Assembly: GCA_905207625.1 (NCBI GenBank)
Contig: CAJLLT010000007.1
Location: 19,358-83,357, forward strand
Direction of reading: 5' to 3'
Source: an uncultured Eubacteriales bacterium
GTDB lineage: Bacteria > Bacillota > Clostridia > Oscillospirales > UBA644
Length of the DNA: 64,000 nt
Shown: positions 37,211 through 45,785 of the stretch, one piece after another
Layout: every line of letters starts with the position of its first letter
Position numbering within the stretch: the first letter of the stretch is position 1
Position numbers and translations under genes: made by a program
The notes under the pieces: model-generated
Told to the model about the DNA's origin: nothing
The model's input: only the letters and a program-made list of their open reading frames with translations
The model's database searches: none

Positions 37211-37753
37211 ATGAAAGCAACAGGCATAGTCAGAAGGATAGACGATCTCGGCCGCGTCGTAATTCCGAAGGAAATACGGCGGACAATGCGGATCCGGGAG
37301 GGCGATCCTCTGGAAATCTATACGGAAAAAGACGGAGAAGTTATTTTTAAAAAGTATTCCCCGATCGGAGAACTTGCAAATTTTGTCCACGCATACTGCG
37401 AAACGCTGAACCGTTCAACGGGGATAACCGTTGCCATCGCCGATAAAGATTCGATTATCGCGGCTTCCGGTTCCCACAAAAAAGAACTGGTCGAAAAGAA
37501 AATTTCAACCGAGACGGAAAAGCTGCTTGAACAGCGTCAGACCTATATTTACAGGGTTGGCGAACGTCGTATACCTGTCAGCGATTTTACCGAAAAACTT
37601 CATGTCGGAGTGTGTTCACCCATAGTTGTTGACGGTGACATCATCGGTGCGATAATACTGCTGGTTGACGATATGGGAGCATCTGCATCGGAAATGGATG
37701 TCAAACTCGTTTCCGCATCCGCCCAGCTCCTTGCAAGGCAGCTCGAAAGCTGA
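37211..37753 (+). CDS. spoVT: stage V sporulation regulator SpoVT (AbrB-type N-domain plus GAF-like C-domain)
   Basis: MKATGIVRRIDDLGRVVIPKEIRRTMRIREGDPLEIY...; 180 aa. I chose the ATG at 37211, which has an AAGGGG SD. Confidence 0.9.
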   Translation: MKATGIVRRIDDLGRVVIPKEIRRTMRIREGDPLEIYTEKDGEVIFKKYSPIGELANFVHAYCETLNRSTGITVAIADKDSIIAASGSHKKELVEKKISTETEKLLEQRQTYIYRVGERRIPVSDFTEKLHVGVCSPIVVDGDIIGAIILLVDDMGASASEMDVKLVSASAQLLARQLES

Positions 37754-37787
37754 AAATTACCCGATGCTGTACGCATCGGGTAATTTT
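37754..37787 (+). terminator. intrinsic terminator after spoVT
   Basis: AAAATTACCCGATGC pairs with GCATCGGGTAATTTT. Confidence 0.85.
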
Positions 37788-37810
37788 TACCGAAATTTCA
37801 GCGTTACATG

Positions 37811-37839
37811 TTGACTTTAGCGGAAAAATGTGGTATCAT
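37811..37839 (+). promoter_or_regulatory. sigma-A-like promoter TTGACT-17-TGgTATCAT
   Basis: -35 at 37811-37816 and -10 at 37834-37839. Confidence 0.6.
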
Positions 37840-37874
37840 CAGAACCAAAGTAAAGTGAAACAGAGGTTTACGCA

Positions 37875-38693
37875 ATGTCTGAAGGTTGTACACATAATTG
37901 CAGTACCTGCTCATCCGCCTGTAAAAGCGGAGAAACGGTCAGTCAGTACGCAGCTCTTCATCAGATGAGCAGTATTAAAAAAGTTATTGGAGTCGTCAGC
38001 GGAAAAGGAGGTGTCGGCAAGAGCCTGGTCACTTCCCTTTTAGCCGTCAACGCCGCGAGAAAAGGGCTCAGAGTCGGAATCCTTGACGCGGATATAACCG
38101 GGCCGTCAATACCGAATGTTTTCGGTGTCAACGATATGGCTACGGGCGACGACAACGGCATCTATCCCTGTGAAACAAAGTCCGGGATAAAAATAATGTC
38201 CCTGAATCTGTTGCTTGAGGATAAAACCATGCCAGTGGCATGGAGAGGTCCTATCATTGCCGGTACGGTAAAGCAGTTCTGGACGGACGTTATCTGGGGC
38301 GAACTTGATGTTCTGTATATAGATATGCCTCCGGGAACCGGAGACGTGGCTCTGACAGTATTTCAATCTATCCCTGTGGACGGCATAGTAATGGTCACTT
38401 CTCCCCAGGATCTTGTGGGAATGATTGTAGAAAAAGCCATACATCTGGCTGAAAAGATGGAAATAGAAGTGCTGGGGCTTGTTGAAAATTACAGCTATTT
38501 CAAATGTCCCGACTGCGGCAAAACCTATGAAATATTCGGTAAAAGCAAAGTTGATGAAATTGCTGCCAGATTCGGCTTCAAATTCCGTTCAAAACTTCCT
38601 GTGGACCCTAAACTTGCAGAACTCTGCGACAAGGGTCTGATTGAACTGTACGAAGGCGACTATTTGAAAGAAGCCGAAAAATATTGCGAATAA
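37875..38693 (+). CDS. Mrp/NBP35-family Fe-S cluster carrier ATPase
   Basis: Deviant Walker A GKGGVGKS, a CPDCG motif, and an N-terminal Cys-rich tag CTHNCSTCSSAC. Confidence 0.9.
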   Translation: MSEGCTHNCSTCSSACKSGETVSQYAALHQMSSIKKVIGVVSGKGGVGKSLVTSLLAVNAARKGLRVGILDADITGPSIPNVFGVNDMATGDDNGIYPCETKSGIKIMSLNLLLEDKTMPVAWRGPIIAGTVKQFWTDVIWGELDVLYIDMPPGTGDVALTVFQSIPVDGIVMVTSPQDLVGMIVEKAIHLAEKMEIEVLGLVENYSYFKCPDCGKTYEIFGKSKVDEIAARFGFKFRSKLPVDPKLAELCDKGLIELYEGDYLKEAEKYCE

Positions 38694-38697
38694 AACC

Positions 38698-38725
38698 AGA
38701 GACCCATCCGGAACGGATGGGTCTC
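38698..38725. terminator. bidirectional hairpin terminator
   Basis: GAGACCCATCCG-GAA-CGGATGGGTCTC, between convergent genes. Confidence 0.75.
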
Positions 38726-38742
38726 GATCTTTCTTATACAGG

Positions 38743-39570
38743 TCAGTGAGAAGTCATGTCTTCTCCCGAAACGATTTCAAGATCCCGCAGAAGTGTCTTC
38801 CTTCCGCGCCATATAAATGCTCTGCCCCTGAATTTCTCCCGGAACTGTCTTTCCGTCAATCCCTGCAACTGTTCAGGCTCAAGTCTGTAAATAAGATTAT
38901 CCCTGTTTGCCCCCGCAAACTCCGAAAACAAACCTGCAAGAGGTCTGTTATGCGGACATACATTCTGGCAAACATCACACCCCCACGCGATTCCGGATTT
39001 TCTGATTGCGACCTTTTCTGCATCAGTAAGCTCACCCTTACGCTGGGTCACCGCGGACAAACACAGGTTAAAGTCAAGTTTTCCGTCAGCTATGGCTCCC
39101 ACGGGGCAACTTCGTTCACAAAGTCCGCAGTTTTCGCAACAAGAATCCGGATAACTGTCGCATCCGATACGGATATCCGAACATACAGATCCCAGGAAAA
39201 CGAATGACCCGTGTTTTTTTGTTATAAGCAGACTGTTGCGTCCCTTTACCCCCAGGCCTGCCCTCAGGGCGGCTTTTTTTTCATCTACGGGGCTTTTATC
39301 CACATAAACGTCAAACACGTTATCCGGGAAAGTCTCACGCAGTTTCTCCGCCGCAACCTCCAGTTTTTCCGAAAACGCGTCATGATAATCCGGCAAAGAG
39401 GCGTATTTGCAGATATTGGCATTTTCCGGCTGGGGAAAGTAATACGGCAGGTATGTTACAAGTACCGTAAAATACTCTTTTTCAGGCTCACTGAACCTGA
39501 CTTCGGCAAAATCTGCAAAGCCGACCTCAAGTCCGCAATCGGAAAAAATACGGCTTATTATTTTTTTCAT
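38743..39570 (-). CDS. queG: epoxyqueuosine reductase QueG-like (4Fe-4S protein)
   Basis: 275 aa ORF with the ferredoxin motifs CENCGLCERSCP and CDVCQNVCP, and the context GLGVKGRNSLLI. Confidence 0.75.
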   Translation of the reverse strand: MKKIISRIFSDCGLEVGFADFAEVRFSEPEKEYFTVLVTYLPYYFPQPENANICKYASLPDYHDAFSEKLEVAAEKLRETFPDNVFDVYVDKSPVDEKKAALRAGLGVKGRNSLLITKKHGSFVFLGSVCSDIRIGCDSYPDSCCENCGLCERSCPVGAIADGKLDFNLCLSAVTQRKGELTDAEKVAIRKSGIAWGCDVCQNVCPHNRPLAGLFSEFAGANRDNLIYRLEPEQLQGLTERQFREKFRGRAFIWRGRKTLLRDLEIVSGEDMTSH

Positions 39571-40172
39571 TTCAGGCCCAGAGCCTCCTTTGCAAGAGAA
39601 TCAGCCATTTCATTGTAGGTCACGCCGGTATGAGCGGCAACCTTGTGGAATATGATGTCTATTTTGCCCCGGAATCTCTCCATATATTTCATATACTCTG
39701 TGGCACAATAGCTTTCTGCTTTCCATTTCTTTTCATACCACATGCATATTCCGGCATAATCATGGTAAATATGCACCTGTTCAAATCCGTTTTTGACCGC
39801 CCATGTCACTGCATACATTGTTGCAAGAAGTTCCCCCGCAACATTTCTTGCAGTGCGGGCATTTTCTTCTTCCCCTGTACCATTCTTTGTGACGATTCCG
39901 CCGTCAGGACGTATAAGGACACAACCAAAGGCGTACCTGCAGGTTTTGACGTCATAGCTCCCGTCAACGTACGCAATCAGCGCCTTTTCTCCGAAATCCG
40001 GAAGTTTATCCGGAACCTGCTCCGATCCGAGATAAGCCTCGGCTTCTTTCTTTGTTGTAAAGCTTTTATATTCCGCACCGGGAAAACCGTCAACGGAGCC
40101 CCGGCATTTCTCCCAATCGGTAAATATACCGGTATCCCTTCCGTTCTTCACGGCATAATACTTCTTTGCCAT
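39567..40172 (-). CDS. rnhA: RNase H type 1 with an N-terminal hybrid-binding (Cauli_VI-like) domain
   Basis: MAKKYYAVKNGRDTGIFTDWEKCRGSVDGFPGAEYKSFTTKKEAEAYL, then an RNase H core (YVDGS, GELLA, HDYAG, NEMADSLAK). I chose the ATG at 40172 with a GGAGG SD. The stop overlaps the queG start. Confidence 0.85.
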   Translation of the reverse strand: MAKKYYAVKNGRDTGIFTDWEKCRGSVDGFPGAEYKSFTTKKEAEAYLGSEQVPDKLPDFGEKALIAYVDGSYDVKTCRYAFGCVLIRPDGGIVTKNGTGEEENARTARNVAGELLATMYAVTWAVKNGFEQVHIYHDYAGICMWYEKKWKAESYCATEYMKYMERFRGKIDIIFHKVAAHTGVTYNEMADSLAKEALGLK

Positions 40173-40215
40173 GTATCCTCCGAATTTTATTGTCAATACC
40201 AATTTGCCGTCAAAA

Positions 40216-40279
40216 GCTTGAGCGGTGCGAAGCACCGGGGGCAAAGCCCCAAAGTCTTGCGCTGCAAGACTTCTCAAGC
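40216..40279. other. 64-nt perfect nested inverted-repeat module (closing stem plus three triloop hairpins)
   Basis: GCTTGAG(40216-22)/CTCAAGC(40273-79) encloses CGGTGC-GAA-GCACCG (40223-37), GGGGC-AAA-GCCCC (40238-50) and AGTCTTGC-GCT-GCAAGACT (40253-71). All 26 pairs are Watson-Crick. Confidence 0.85.
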
Positions 40280-40281
40280 GT

Positions 40282-40310
40282 ATTATAACACACCCCCTCC
40301 CCGATTTCAA
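40282..40310 (-). promoter_or_regulatory. sigma-A-like promoter TTGAAA-17-TGtTATAAT for rnhA-queG
   Basis: The reverse complement of 40305-40310 is TTGAAA and that of 40282-40287 is TATAAT. It directly abuts the nested-repeat module. Confidence 0.6.
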
Positions 40311-40371
40311 CCCCATGACAACAAAATGTCAAAACATAAAGATTATTTGATCACCCTGCCCCACAAAACTC

Positions 40372-40400
40372 TTGACGTATCAATTTTTCTGTGTTATAAT
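40372..40400 (+). promoter_or_regulatory. sigma-A-like promoter TTGACG-17-TGtTATAAT
   Basis: -35 at 40372-40377 and -10 at 40395-40400. Confidence 0.6.
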
Positions 40401-40428
40401 AAGAAAAAACAAATGGAGAAAAAGTATT

Positions 40429-40908
40429 ATGAAATGCCAGAACTGTGGATCCGAAAACAGTGAAAACGCAAAATATTGCGAAATGTGCGGAAGTAAGCTT
40501 GAACAGCCATCGGTCGTTGATCAGGAAAAGACATCTGAAACGGTACAGACCGCAGTGAACCCTCAAAGCACCGAAAGTGAAGCAACATCCGCTGTGGTTC
40601 AACCGCGTCAGGTTTACGACACACCCGGATACAATGTCACCGAGCAGAACTCCGGTAAAAATGCAGACGGTTTTGCCGTTGCGTCACTTATACTTTCCCT
40701 TTTCGGACTTCCCTGCTCTGTTACCTGTATAAACATCTTCGCTATACTCGGTCTGATTTTCGGAATACTCGGTGTTAAATCCACGAAGAATAAAGGAGTG
40801 GCAATCGCCGGTATAATAATCTCCTCCGTCGGGCTTCTTCTGACAGTAGTCGCCGTGTTCTGCTATTTTGTGGCAATGATCACCAACGGATTGAATCCGG
40901 AATTCTGA
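40429..40908 (+). CDS. zinc-ribbon plus DUF4190-like membrane protein
   Basis: MKCQNCGSENSENAKYCEMCGSKL, followed by two C-terminal TM helices. Confidence 0.7.
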   Translation: MKCQNCGSENSENAKYCEMCGSKLEQPSVVDQEKTSETVQTAVNPQSTESEATSAVVQPRQVYDTPGYNVTEQNSGKNADGFAVASLILSLFGLPCSVTCINIFAILGLIFGILGVKSTKNKGVAIAGIIISSVGLLLTVVAVFCYFVAMITNGLNPEF

Positions 40909-40921
40909 AGTACGTGATTGT

Positions 40922-41335
40922 ATGCAGTATAAGACAAAACAACGTGATGCCATACTTGACCTGTTGAGGAAAAATAACGACAGGCATATGACAGCCGATG
41001 ATATTTATACAAGCCTCATGGGCTCAGGGGTAAAGGTCGGGAAGACCACCGTTTATCGGTATATCGAAGCACTGGTGAACGAAGGAGCGGTACGAAGATA
41101 CGATAATGGAGGAACCGGAGGAGCCTGCTTTCAGATAGTGGAAAACGGAAGCTGTCAGACACATTATCATCTGAGATGCACCGGGTGCGGAAAACTGTTC
41201 CATTTACAGTGCGGTCTGGTCAGAGAGCTTCAGCAACACGTTCTGAAGGATCACGGTTTTGCCATAGACGGAAGCAGGACCGTCTTTTACGGACTGTGTC
41301 GCGAATGCATAGAGAAAAAGAATTCGGAGAATTAG
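40922..41335 (+). CDS. Fur-family transcriptional regulator
   Basis: 137 aa ORF with a winged-helix N-domain, and the CxxC pairs CTGCGK and CRECI. Confidence 0.85.
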   Translation: MQYKTKQRDAILDLLRKNNDRHMTADDIYTSLMGSGVKVGKTTVYRYIEALVNEGAVRRYDNGGTGGACFQIVENGSCQTHYHLRCTGCGKLFHLQCGLVRELQQHVLKDHGFAIDGSRTVFYGLCRECIEKKNSEN

Positions 41336-41337
41336 AA

Positions 41338-41958
41338 ATGCTTGAAAATATAACTAACCCCAATGAGCGTAAAATTGCCGCCGACCAACTGAAACAGGAG
41401 TATACGGATCTTCTGCTCTCCACAGGCAGAGAAGGTGTTGAGAAACTTCTGGAGTACCTGAATGCCCGTACGGACTTTTTCACCGCACCCGCCGCTGCCA
41501 AATTCCATAACAATTTTGAGGGCGGTCTTCTGGAACACAGCCTTAATGTTTACAGGAATTTCAAAGACCTTCTTGCTATGAAGAATATTGAAATGGAGCA
41601 GGACAGCATTATTATCACCGCACTGCTGCATGACCTGTGCAAATGTAACTATTACATAAAGGAAGAACGTAACCGTAAAGTCAACGGAAAATGGGAAAGC
41701 TATGAAACCTGGGGATACGTAAAGGCACCGACTGTGCTTCTCCCCCATTCTCAGAGATCCATCCGCATAATCCGGAATTTCATTCCGCTTAAATTTGTCG
41801 AAGAGCTGACCATATTCTACCATATGGGACCTTTTGGCGGAGAAGATTACGAATACCGTAATCTTTTGCAGGCAGCAAACTCCAAATATCCGCAGACTCT
41901 TCTGTTTTATATTGCCGACCTCATATCGTCATATATGGATGAGCATATCGTCGAATAA
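41338..41958 (+). CDS. HD-domain phosphohydrolase
   Basis: GGLLEHSLNV ... ALLHDLCK. I chose the ATG at 41338, 3 nt after the fur-family stop. Confidence 0.75.
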   Translation: MLENITNPNERKIAADQLKQEYTDLLLSTGREGVEKLLEYLNARTDFFTAPAAAKFHNNFEGGLLEHSLNVYRNFKDLLAMKNIEMEQDSIIITALLHDLCKCNYYIKEERNRKVNGKWESYETWGYVKAPTVLLPHSQRSIRIIRNFIPLKFVEELTIFYHMGPFGGEDYEYRNLLQAANSKYPQTLLFYIADLISSYMDEHIVE

Positions 41959-42009
41959 ATGACACAACCCGCTTTGCAAATATTTTACAAATTATATTAC
42001 AAAAAGGGC

Positions 42010-42038
42010 TTGACAAAAAAACCTTTTTCGTGTATAAT
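42010..42038 (+). promoter_or_regulatory. sigma-A-like promoter TTGACA-17-TATAAT for the tRNA pair
   Basis: -35 at 42010-42015 and -10 at 42033-42038. Confidence 0.65.
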
Positions 42039-42075
42039 GTAATAGCTGTTCGCGAGTGATGCGGAAAGCTCATAA

Positions 42076-42152
42076 GGCGGAATAGCTCAGTTGGCTAGAG
42101 CATACGGTTCATACCCGTACGGTCGCCGGTTCAAATCCAGCTTCCGCTACCA
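42076..42152 (+). tRNA. tRNA-Met (anticodon CAT, elongator type), encoded CCA
   Basis: Acceptor stem GGCGGAA/TTCCGCT, anticodon stem-loop TACGG-TTCATAC-CCGTA. It closely resembles Bacillus elongator tRNA-Met. The T stem has one C-A mismatch. Confidence 0.85.
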
Positions 42153-42154
42153 AC

Positions 42155-42229
42155 GGCCCGTTGGTCAAGAGGTTAAGACACGGCCCTTTCACGGCTGTAA
42201 CAGCAGTTCGATTCTGCTACGGGTCACCA
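42155..42229 (+). tRNA. tRNA-Glu (anticodon TTC), encoded CCA
   Basis: GGCCCGTTGGTCAAG...CCCTTTCACGG...ACGGGTCACCA. It resembles Bacillus tRNA-Glu. Confidence 0.9.
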
Positions 42230-42236
42230 CGAAAAA

Positions 42237-42272
42237 ATCTCATTTGTCTATCCGACGAATGAGATTTTTTTT
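42237..42272 (+). terminator. intrinsic terminator after the tRNA pair
   Basis: ATCTCATT/AATGAGAT stem followed by a T8 run. Confidence 0.7.
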
Positions 42273-42300
42273 ATTTTCCAACAATTACGGAGGATACAGG

Positions 42301-43419
42301 ATGAAAACCGCAGGAATAGTCGCAGAATTCAACCCATTTCATCAGGGGCACCGATATCTTATCCAACAGGCCCGCAGTCACGGAGCGGATAATATCATCT
42401 GCGTAATGAGCGGAAATTTCGTCCAGAGGTGTGAACCCGCCTTTTTTGAAAAACATATACGCGCAAAATCCGCCGTGGATAACGGCGCCGATCTGGTAAT
42501 AGAACTCCCCTTCCGGTTTTCCGTGGCGTCCGCGGAAAAATTTGCACGGGGTGCCGTTTACCTTTTATCGGAATGCGGCATTGACACCCTTGCCTTCGGC
42601 AGCGAGTGCGGTGACAGAGAAAGGCTGAAAAACATCGCATATACTTTGCTGGATGCGGACAATTCGGAAGAATTCAGAAACGAACTGAAAAAAGGGATAT
42701 CTTTTGCTTCGGCAAGGAATAACATACTTCGCAGACACGGCATCGACCTTTCGTTACCCAATGATATTCTCGCAGTTGAATACATCAAAGCCCTCACGGT
42801 ACTCGGTTATGATGCGGACATCTTTACGGTCAGACGCACCGATGACTACCTGTCATCCGCCTCTGAAATCAGAAGTAATCTGCTTGGGGGTGAATACGGC
42901 ATCCTTACGGAAGATCTGAAAAAAGAAATATATTCTTCGCGGGCACCGGCACAGATGGATAATATTGAAAAAATCCTCATAGCATTTCTGAGAAATGCAA
43001 CGGAAAAAGACATGGAAAATGTTTATGCGGTCAATACAGAGGAAGGCATGCATAAACGGCTTCTTGCGGCAGGCAAGGAAACATGTCTGGAAGATGTTTT
43101 CAATGCGGTCAAGACGAAACGTTTTGCCTTTTCCGCGGTTAAGAGAGCCTTGATTTCCGCCTATTTCAGGTTGCCGGATGATGACACCCTTCCCCCTTAC
43201 ATACGAATCCTTGCAATGAACGACAAGGGCAGAGCTATTGTCCGGAATATGCGTAAAAAAACGGATCTTCCCATTGTCTCGAATCTTTCAAAATTACGGC
43301 AGGAGCCCGAATGTTCAGTCTTTGCGGATGAGGAGAGACGGGCAACGGATCTGTTCAATCTTGCCCTGCCTGTCCCGGGACGGGGAATGACGGAATTCAC
43401 GGACAAAACCTCTTTCTGA
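42301..43419 (+). CDS. tmcAL: tRNA(Met) cytidine acetate ligase TmcAL-like nucleotidyltransferase (UPF0348/YlbM family)
   Basis: MKTAGIVAEFNPFHQGHRYLIQQAR... I chose the ATG at 42301 with a GGAGG SD. The ORF-track N-terminal extension overlaps the tRNAs. Confidence 0.8.
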   Translation: MKTAGIVAEFNPFHQGHRYLIQQARSHGADNIICVMSGNFVQRCEPAFFEKHIRAKSAVDNGADLVIELPFRFSVASAEKFARGAVYLLSECGIDTLAFGSECGDRERLKNIAYTLLDADNSEEFRNELKKGISFASARNNILRRHGIDLSLPNDILAVEYIKALTVLGYDADIFTVRRTDDYLSSASEIRSNLLGGEYGILTEDLKKEIYSSRAPAQMDNIEKILIAFLRNATEKDMENVYAVNTEEGMHKRLLAAGKETCLEDVFNAVKTKRFAFSAVKRALISAYFRLPDDDTLPPYIRILAMNDKGRAIVRNMRKKTDLPIVSNLSKLRQEPECSVFADEERRATDLFNLALPVPGRGMTEFTDKTSF

Positions 43420-43456
43420 AATAATATTGAAAAACGGGTTTTTGACCGCACAAATA

Positions 43457-43485
43457 TTGACATCAATACAAAAATATGCTATAAT
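43457..43485 (+). promoter_or_regulatory. sigma-A-like promoter TTGACA-17-TGcTATAAT
   Basis: -35 at 43457-43462 and -10 at 43480-43485. Confidence 0.65.
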
Positions 43486-43518
43486 TCATATAAATATAAT
43501 ATACTGTTGAGGTGTGCC

Positions 43519-44451
43519 ATGAACTGCAAAGAAATTACTTACAAAAACTACGGCAGATGCCTGGAAATGACTAACGGAACGGTCGAACTCGTCGTTACCC
43601 TTGACCTCGGTCCGAGAATCATCAGGTACGGTTTCTGCGGCAAAGATAACATGCTGTACGAAGATATTGCAAGAGAATCCAGATACGAAAAAGAAGACCT
43701 TAAGGAAATGTTCGGAGAGAAAGCCGTTTGGTATAACTACGGCGGACACAGACTCTGGATCGCTCCCGAAACAACCGAAACTTATTTCCCGGACAATAAT
43801 CCGGTAGATTATGAAATATCCGAGGAGGATAATACGGTTTATTTTTCCTGCGACATTCAGGAACAGACCGGACTTCAGTTTACCACTGTCGTTACCCTTC
43901 AGCCTGAAGGTTCCGATGTGAAAATAACTCATTTTATCACTAACTGCAGTGGCGAATCCCTCAAATTCGCACCTTGGGCAATCACTGTTCTTGACCGGGG
44001 CGGCGTGGAAATAATCCCCTGGAACGACACCGACACTGTTCTTCTGCCCAACAGAACCGTCCGTGCCTGGCCTTACACAAACTTTGCCGATCACAGACTG
44101 AATATGGGCAAAAAATTCATGACACTCTCCTCTGATACCACAGATCAGGCTATAAAGCTGGGTGTTGACCTGGAAAAAGGTACTGTCGCATATGTAAACA
44201 AGGGTATGATGTTTGTAAAGTCCTTCCGTCATTATCCCGATACCGAATACCCCGATAACGGATGCTCTCTTGAGACCTACACCTGCAAAATATTCCTTGA
44301 ATGCGAAACTCTCGGTGAATATGGCAGCAAGCCGGACGGAAGCACGGTTTCTCACACCGAATACTGGTCTCTTTATGACAATGTCACACTCAAAGACCCC
44401 AGAGACGAAGCCGAGCTTGAAAAGCTTTTTGACGAACACGACCTTATCTGA
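43519..44451 (+). CDS. hypothetical beta-rich protein (possibly aldose-epimerase-like fold)
   Basis: 310 aa ORF with a balanced composition and a GAGGTG SD before the ATG at 43519. I have no confident family assignment. Confidence 0.65.
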   Translation: MNCKEITYKNYGRCLEMTNGTVELVVTLDLGPRIIRYGFCGKDNMLYEDIARESRYEKEDLKEMFGEKAVWYNYGGHRLWIAPETTETYFPDNNPVDYEISEEDNTVYFSCDIQEQTGLQFTTVVTLQPEGSDVKITHFITNCSGESLKFAPWAITVLDRGGVEIIPWNDTDTVLLPNRTVRAWPYTNFADHRLNMGKKFMTLSSDTTDQAIKLGVDLEKGTVAYVNKGMMFVKSFRHYPDTEYPDNGCSLETYTCKIFLECETLGEYGSKPDGSTVSHTEYWSLYDNVTLKDPRDEAELEKLFDEHDLI

Positions 44452-44492
44452 TAATGAAGGAGACGGTCGGCTGAAGTCGGCCCTGGATTGAA

Positions 44493-45206
44493 ATGAGCGA
44501 TCAAATCAAATATCAGCGTATACTTGTTAAACTCAGTGGCGAAGCTCTTGCCGGAAGTAACGGACACGGCATAGATTTTGCAAATGCGGAAACCATTTGC
44601 CGTAATATAAAGACCTGCCTGGAACTTGGTGTTGAAACGGCTATAGTCATCGGTGCCGGAAATTTCTGGCGCGGACGCAACGGCAATAATATGGACCATA
44701 CAAGGGCGGATCATATGGGCATGCTTGCAACGATGATGAACTGCATTGCTCTTCAGGACGTGTTTGAATCCATAGGAGTGGAAGCGCACGTTCTGTCCGC
44801 AGTGACTATGGACAGATTCGCTGAAACATTCAACAGAGACGTTGCCATGAAGTATCTCAGATCCGGCAAAGTTGTAATCTTCGGTTGCGGAACCGGAAAC
44901 CCCTTCTTTACAACCGACACTGCAGCCGTTCTGAGGGCTATTGAAATTGATGCGGACGTTGCCCTTCTTGCAAAGAATGTCGACGGTGTGTACACCGCTG
45001 ACCCCAAAAAAGATCCCGACGCAAAGAAATTCGAAAGTCTCAGTTACATGGAAGTGCTTGACCGTCAGCTTACGGTTATTGATACCGCAGCAGCAGCCCT
45101 CTGCAAGGACAACAACATGAATGCTTTGCTTTTTGACCTCGGAGACGGCGGAAATATCGTCAGAGCGGTCAGGGGCGAAGCGATCGGAACCATAATAACA
45201 AAATAA
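44493..45206 (+). CDS. pyrH: UMP kinase
   Basis: YQRILVKLSGEALAG...VIGAGNFWRG...GTGNPFFTTDTAA. Confidence 0.95.
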   Translation: MSDQIKYQRILVKLSGEALAGSNGHGIDFANAETICRNIKTCLELGVETAIVIGAGNFWRGRNGNNMDHTRADHMGMLATMMNCIALQDVFESIGVEAHVLSAVTMDRFAETFNRDVAMKYLRSGKVVIFGCGTGNPFFTTDTAAVLRAIEIDADVALLAKNVDGVYTADPKKDPDAKKFESLSYMEVLDRQLTVIDTAAAALCKDNNMNALLFDLGDGGNIVRAVRGEAIGTIITK

Positions 45207-45230
45207 TCCAACCAGAAGGAGATACCGACA

Positions 45231-45785
45231 ATGAAACCTCAGTACAGAGAAATTGAAGAAAAAATGGACAAAACCATCGCCGCTCTCCAGAATGAATTCT
45301 CTTCTATCAGAGCGAACCGTGCAAATCCCGCAGTCCTCGACAAGCTTTCGGTGGATTATTACGGCGCAATGACGAAAATCAACCAGCTTGCAAGTGTTTC
45401 CGTTCAGGGAGCAAATATCCTTGTTATTCAACCCTATGACGGTTCAGTACTGAAAGCTATTGAGAAGGAGATTCTCACCTCCGACATCGGAATTCATCCC
45501 CAGAATGACGGAAAGGTTATCCGGCTGACTTTTCCCCCTCTGACGGAGGAAAGAAGAAAAGAGATATGCAAAGGTATATCCAAGACAAGCGAAGAAGCAA
45601 AAGTAGCTATCCGCTCCATCCGCAGAGACGGTATTGAAAAATTCAAAACCATGAAGAAAAACAATGAGATCACCGAAGATGACCTGAAGATCGCGGAAAA
45701 AGATATTCAGGAAGCAACCGACAAGTATTGCAAGAATATCGATGAGATCTCCAAGAAAAAAGAAGCGGAGATCATGGTTGTCTGA
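45231..45785 (+). CDS. frr: ribosome recycling factor
   Basis: 184 aa ORF: ...FSSIRANRANPAVLDKLSVDYYG...LTEERRKE... Confidence 0.95.
   Translation: MKPQYREIEEKMDKTIAALQNEFSSIRANRANPAVLDKLSVDYYGAMTKINQLASVSVQGANILVIQPYDGSVLKAIEKEILTSDIGIHPQNDGKVIRLTFPPLTEERRKEICKGISKTSEEAKVAIRSIRRDGIEKFKTMKKNNEITEDDLKIAEKDIQEATDKYCKNIDEISKKKEAEIMVV

Noticed and set aside
42091-42300. An N-terminal extension of the tmcAL ORF (ORF-track start at 42091).
   Set aside because: The extension is read straight through the tRNA-Met and tRNA-Glu genes and their terminator. A GGAGG SD precedes the internal ATG at 42301, where the conserved MKTAGIVAEFNPFHQGH begins.
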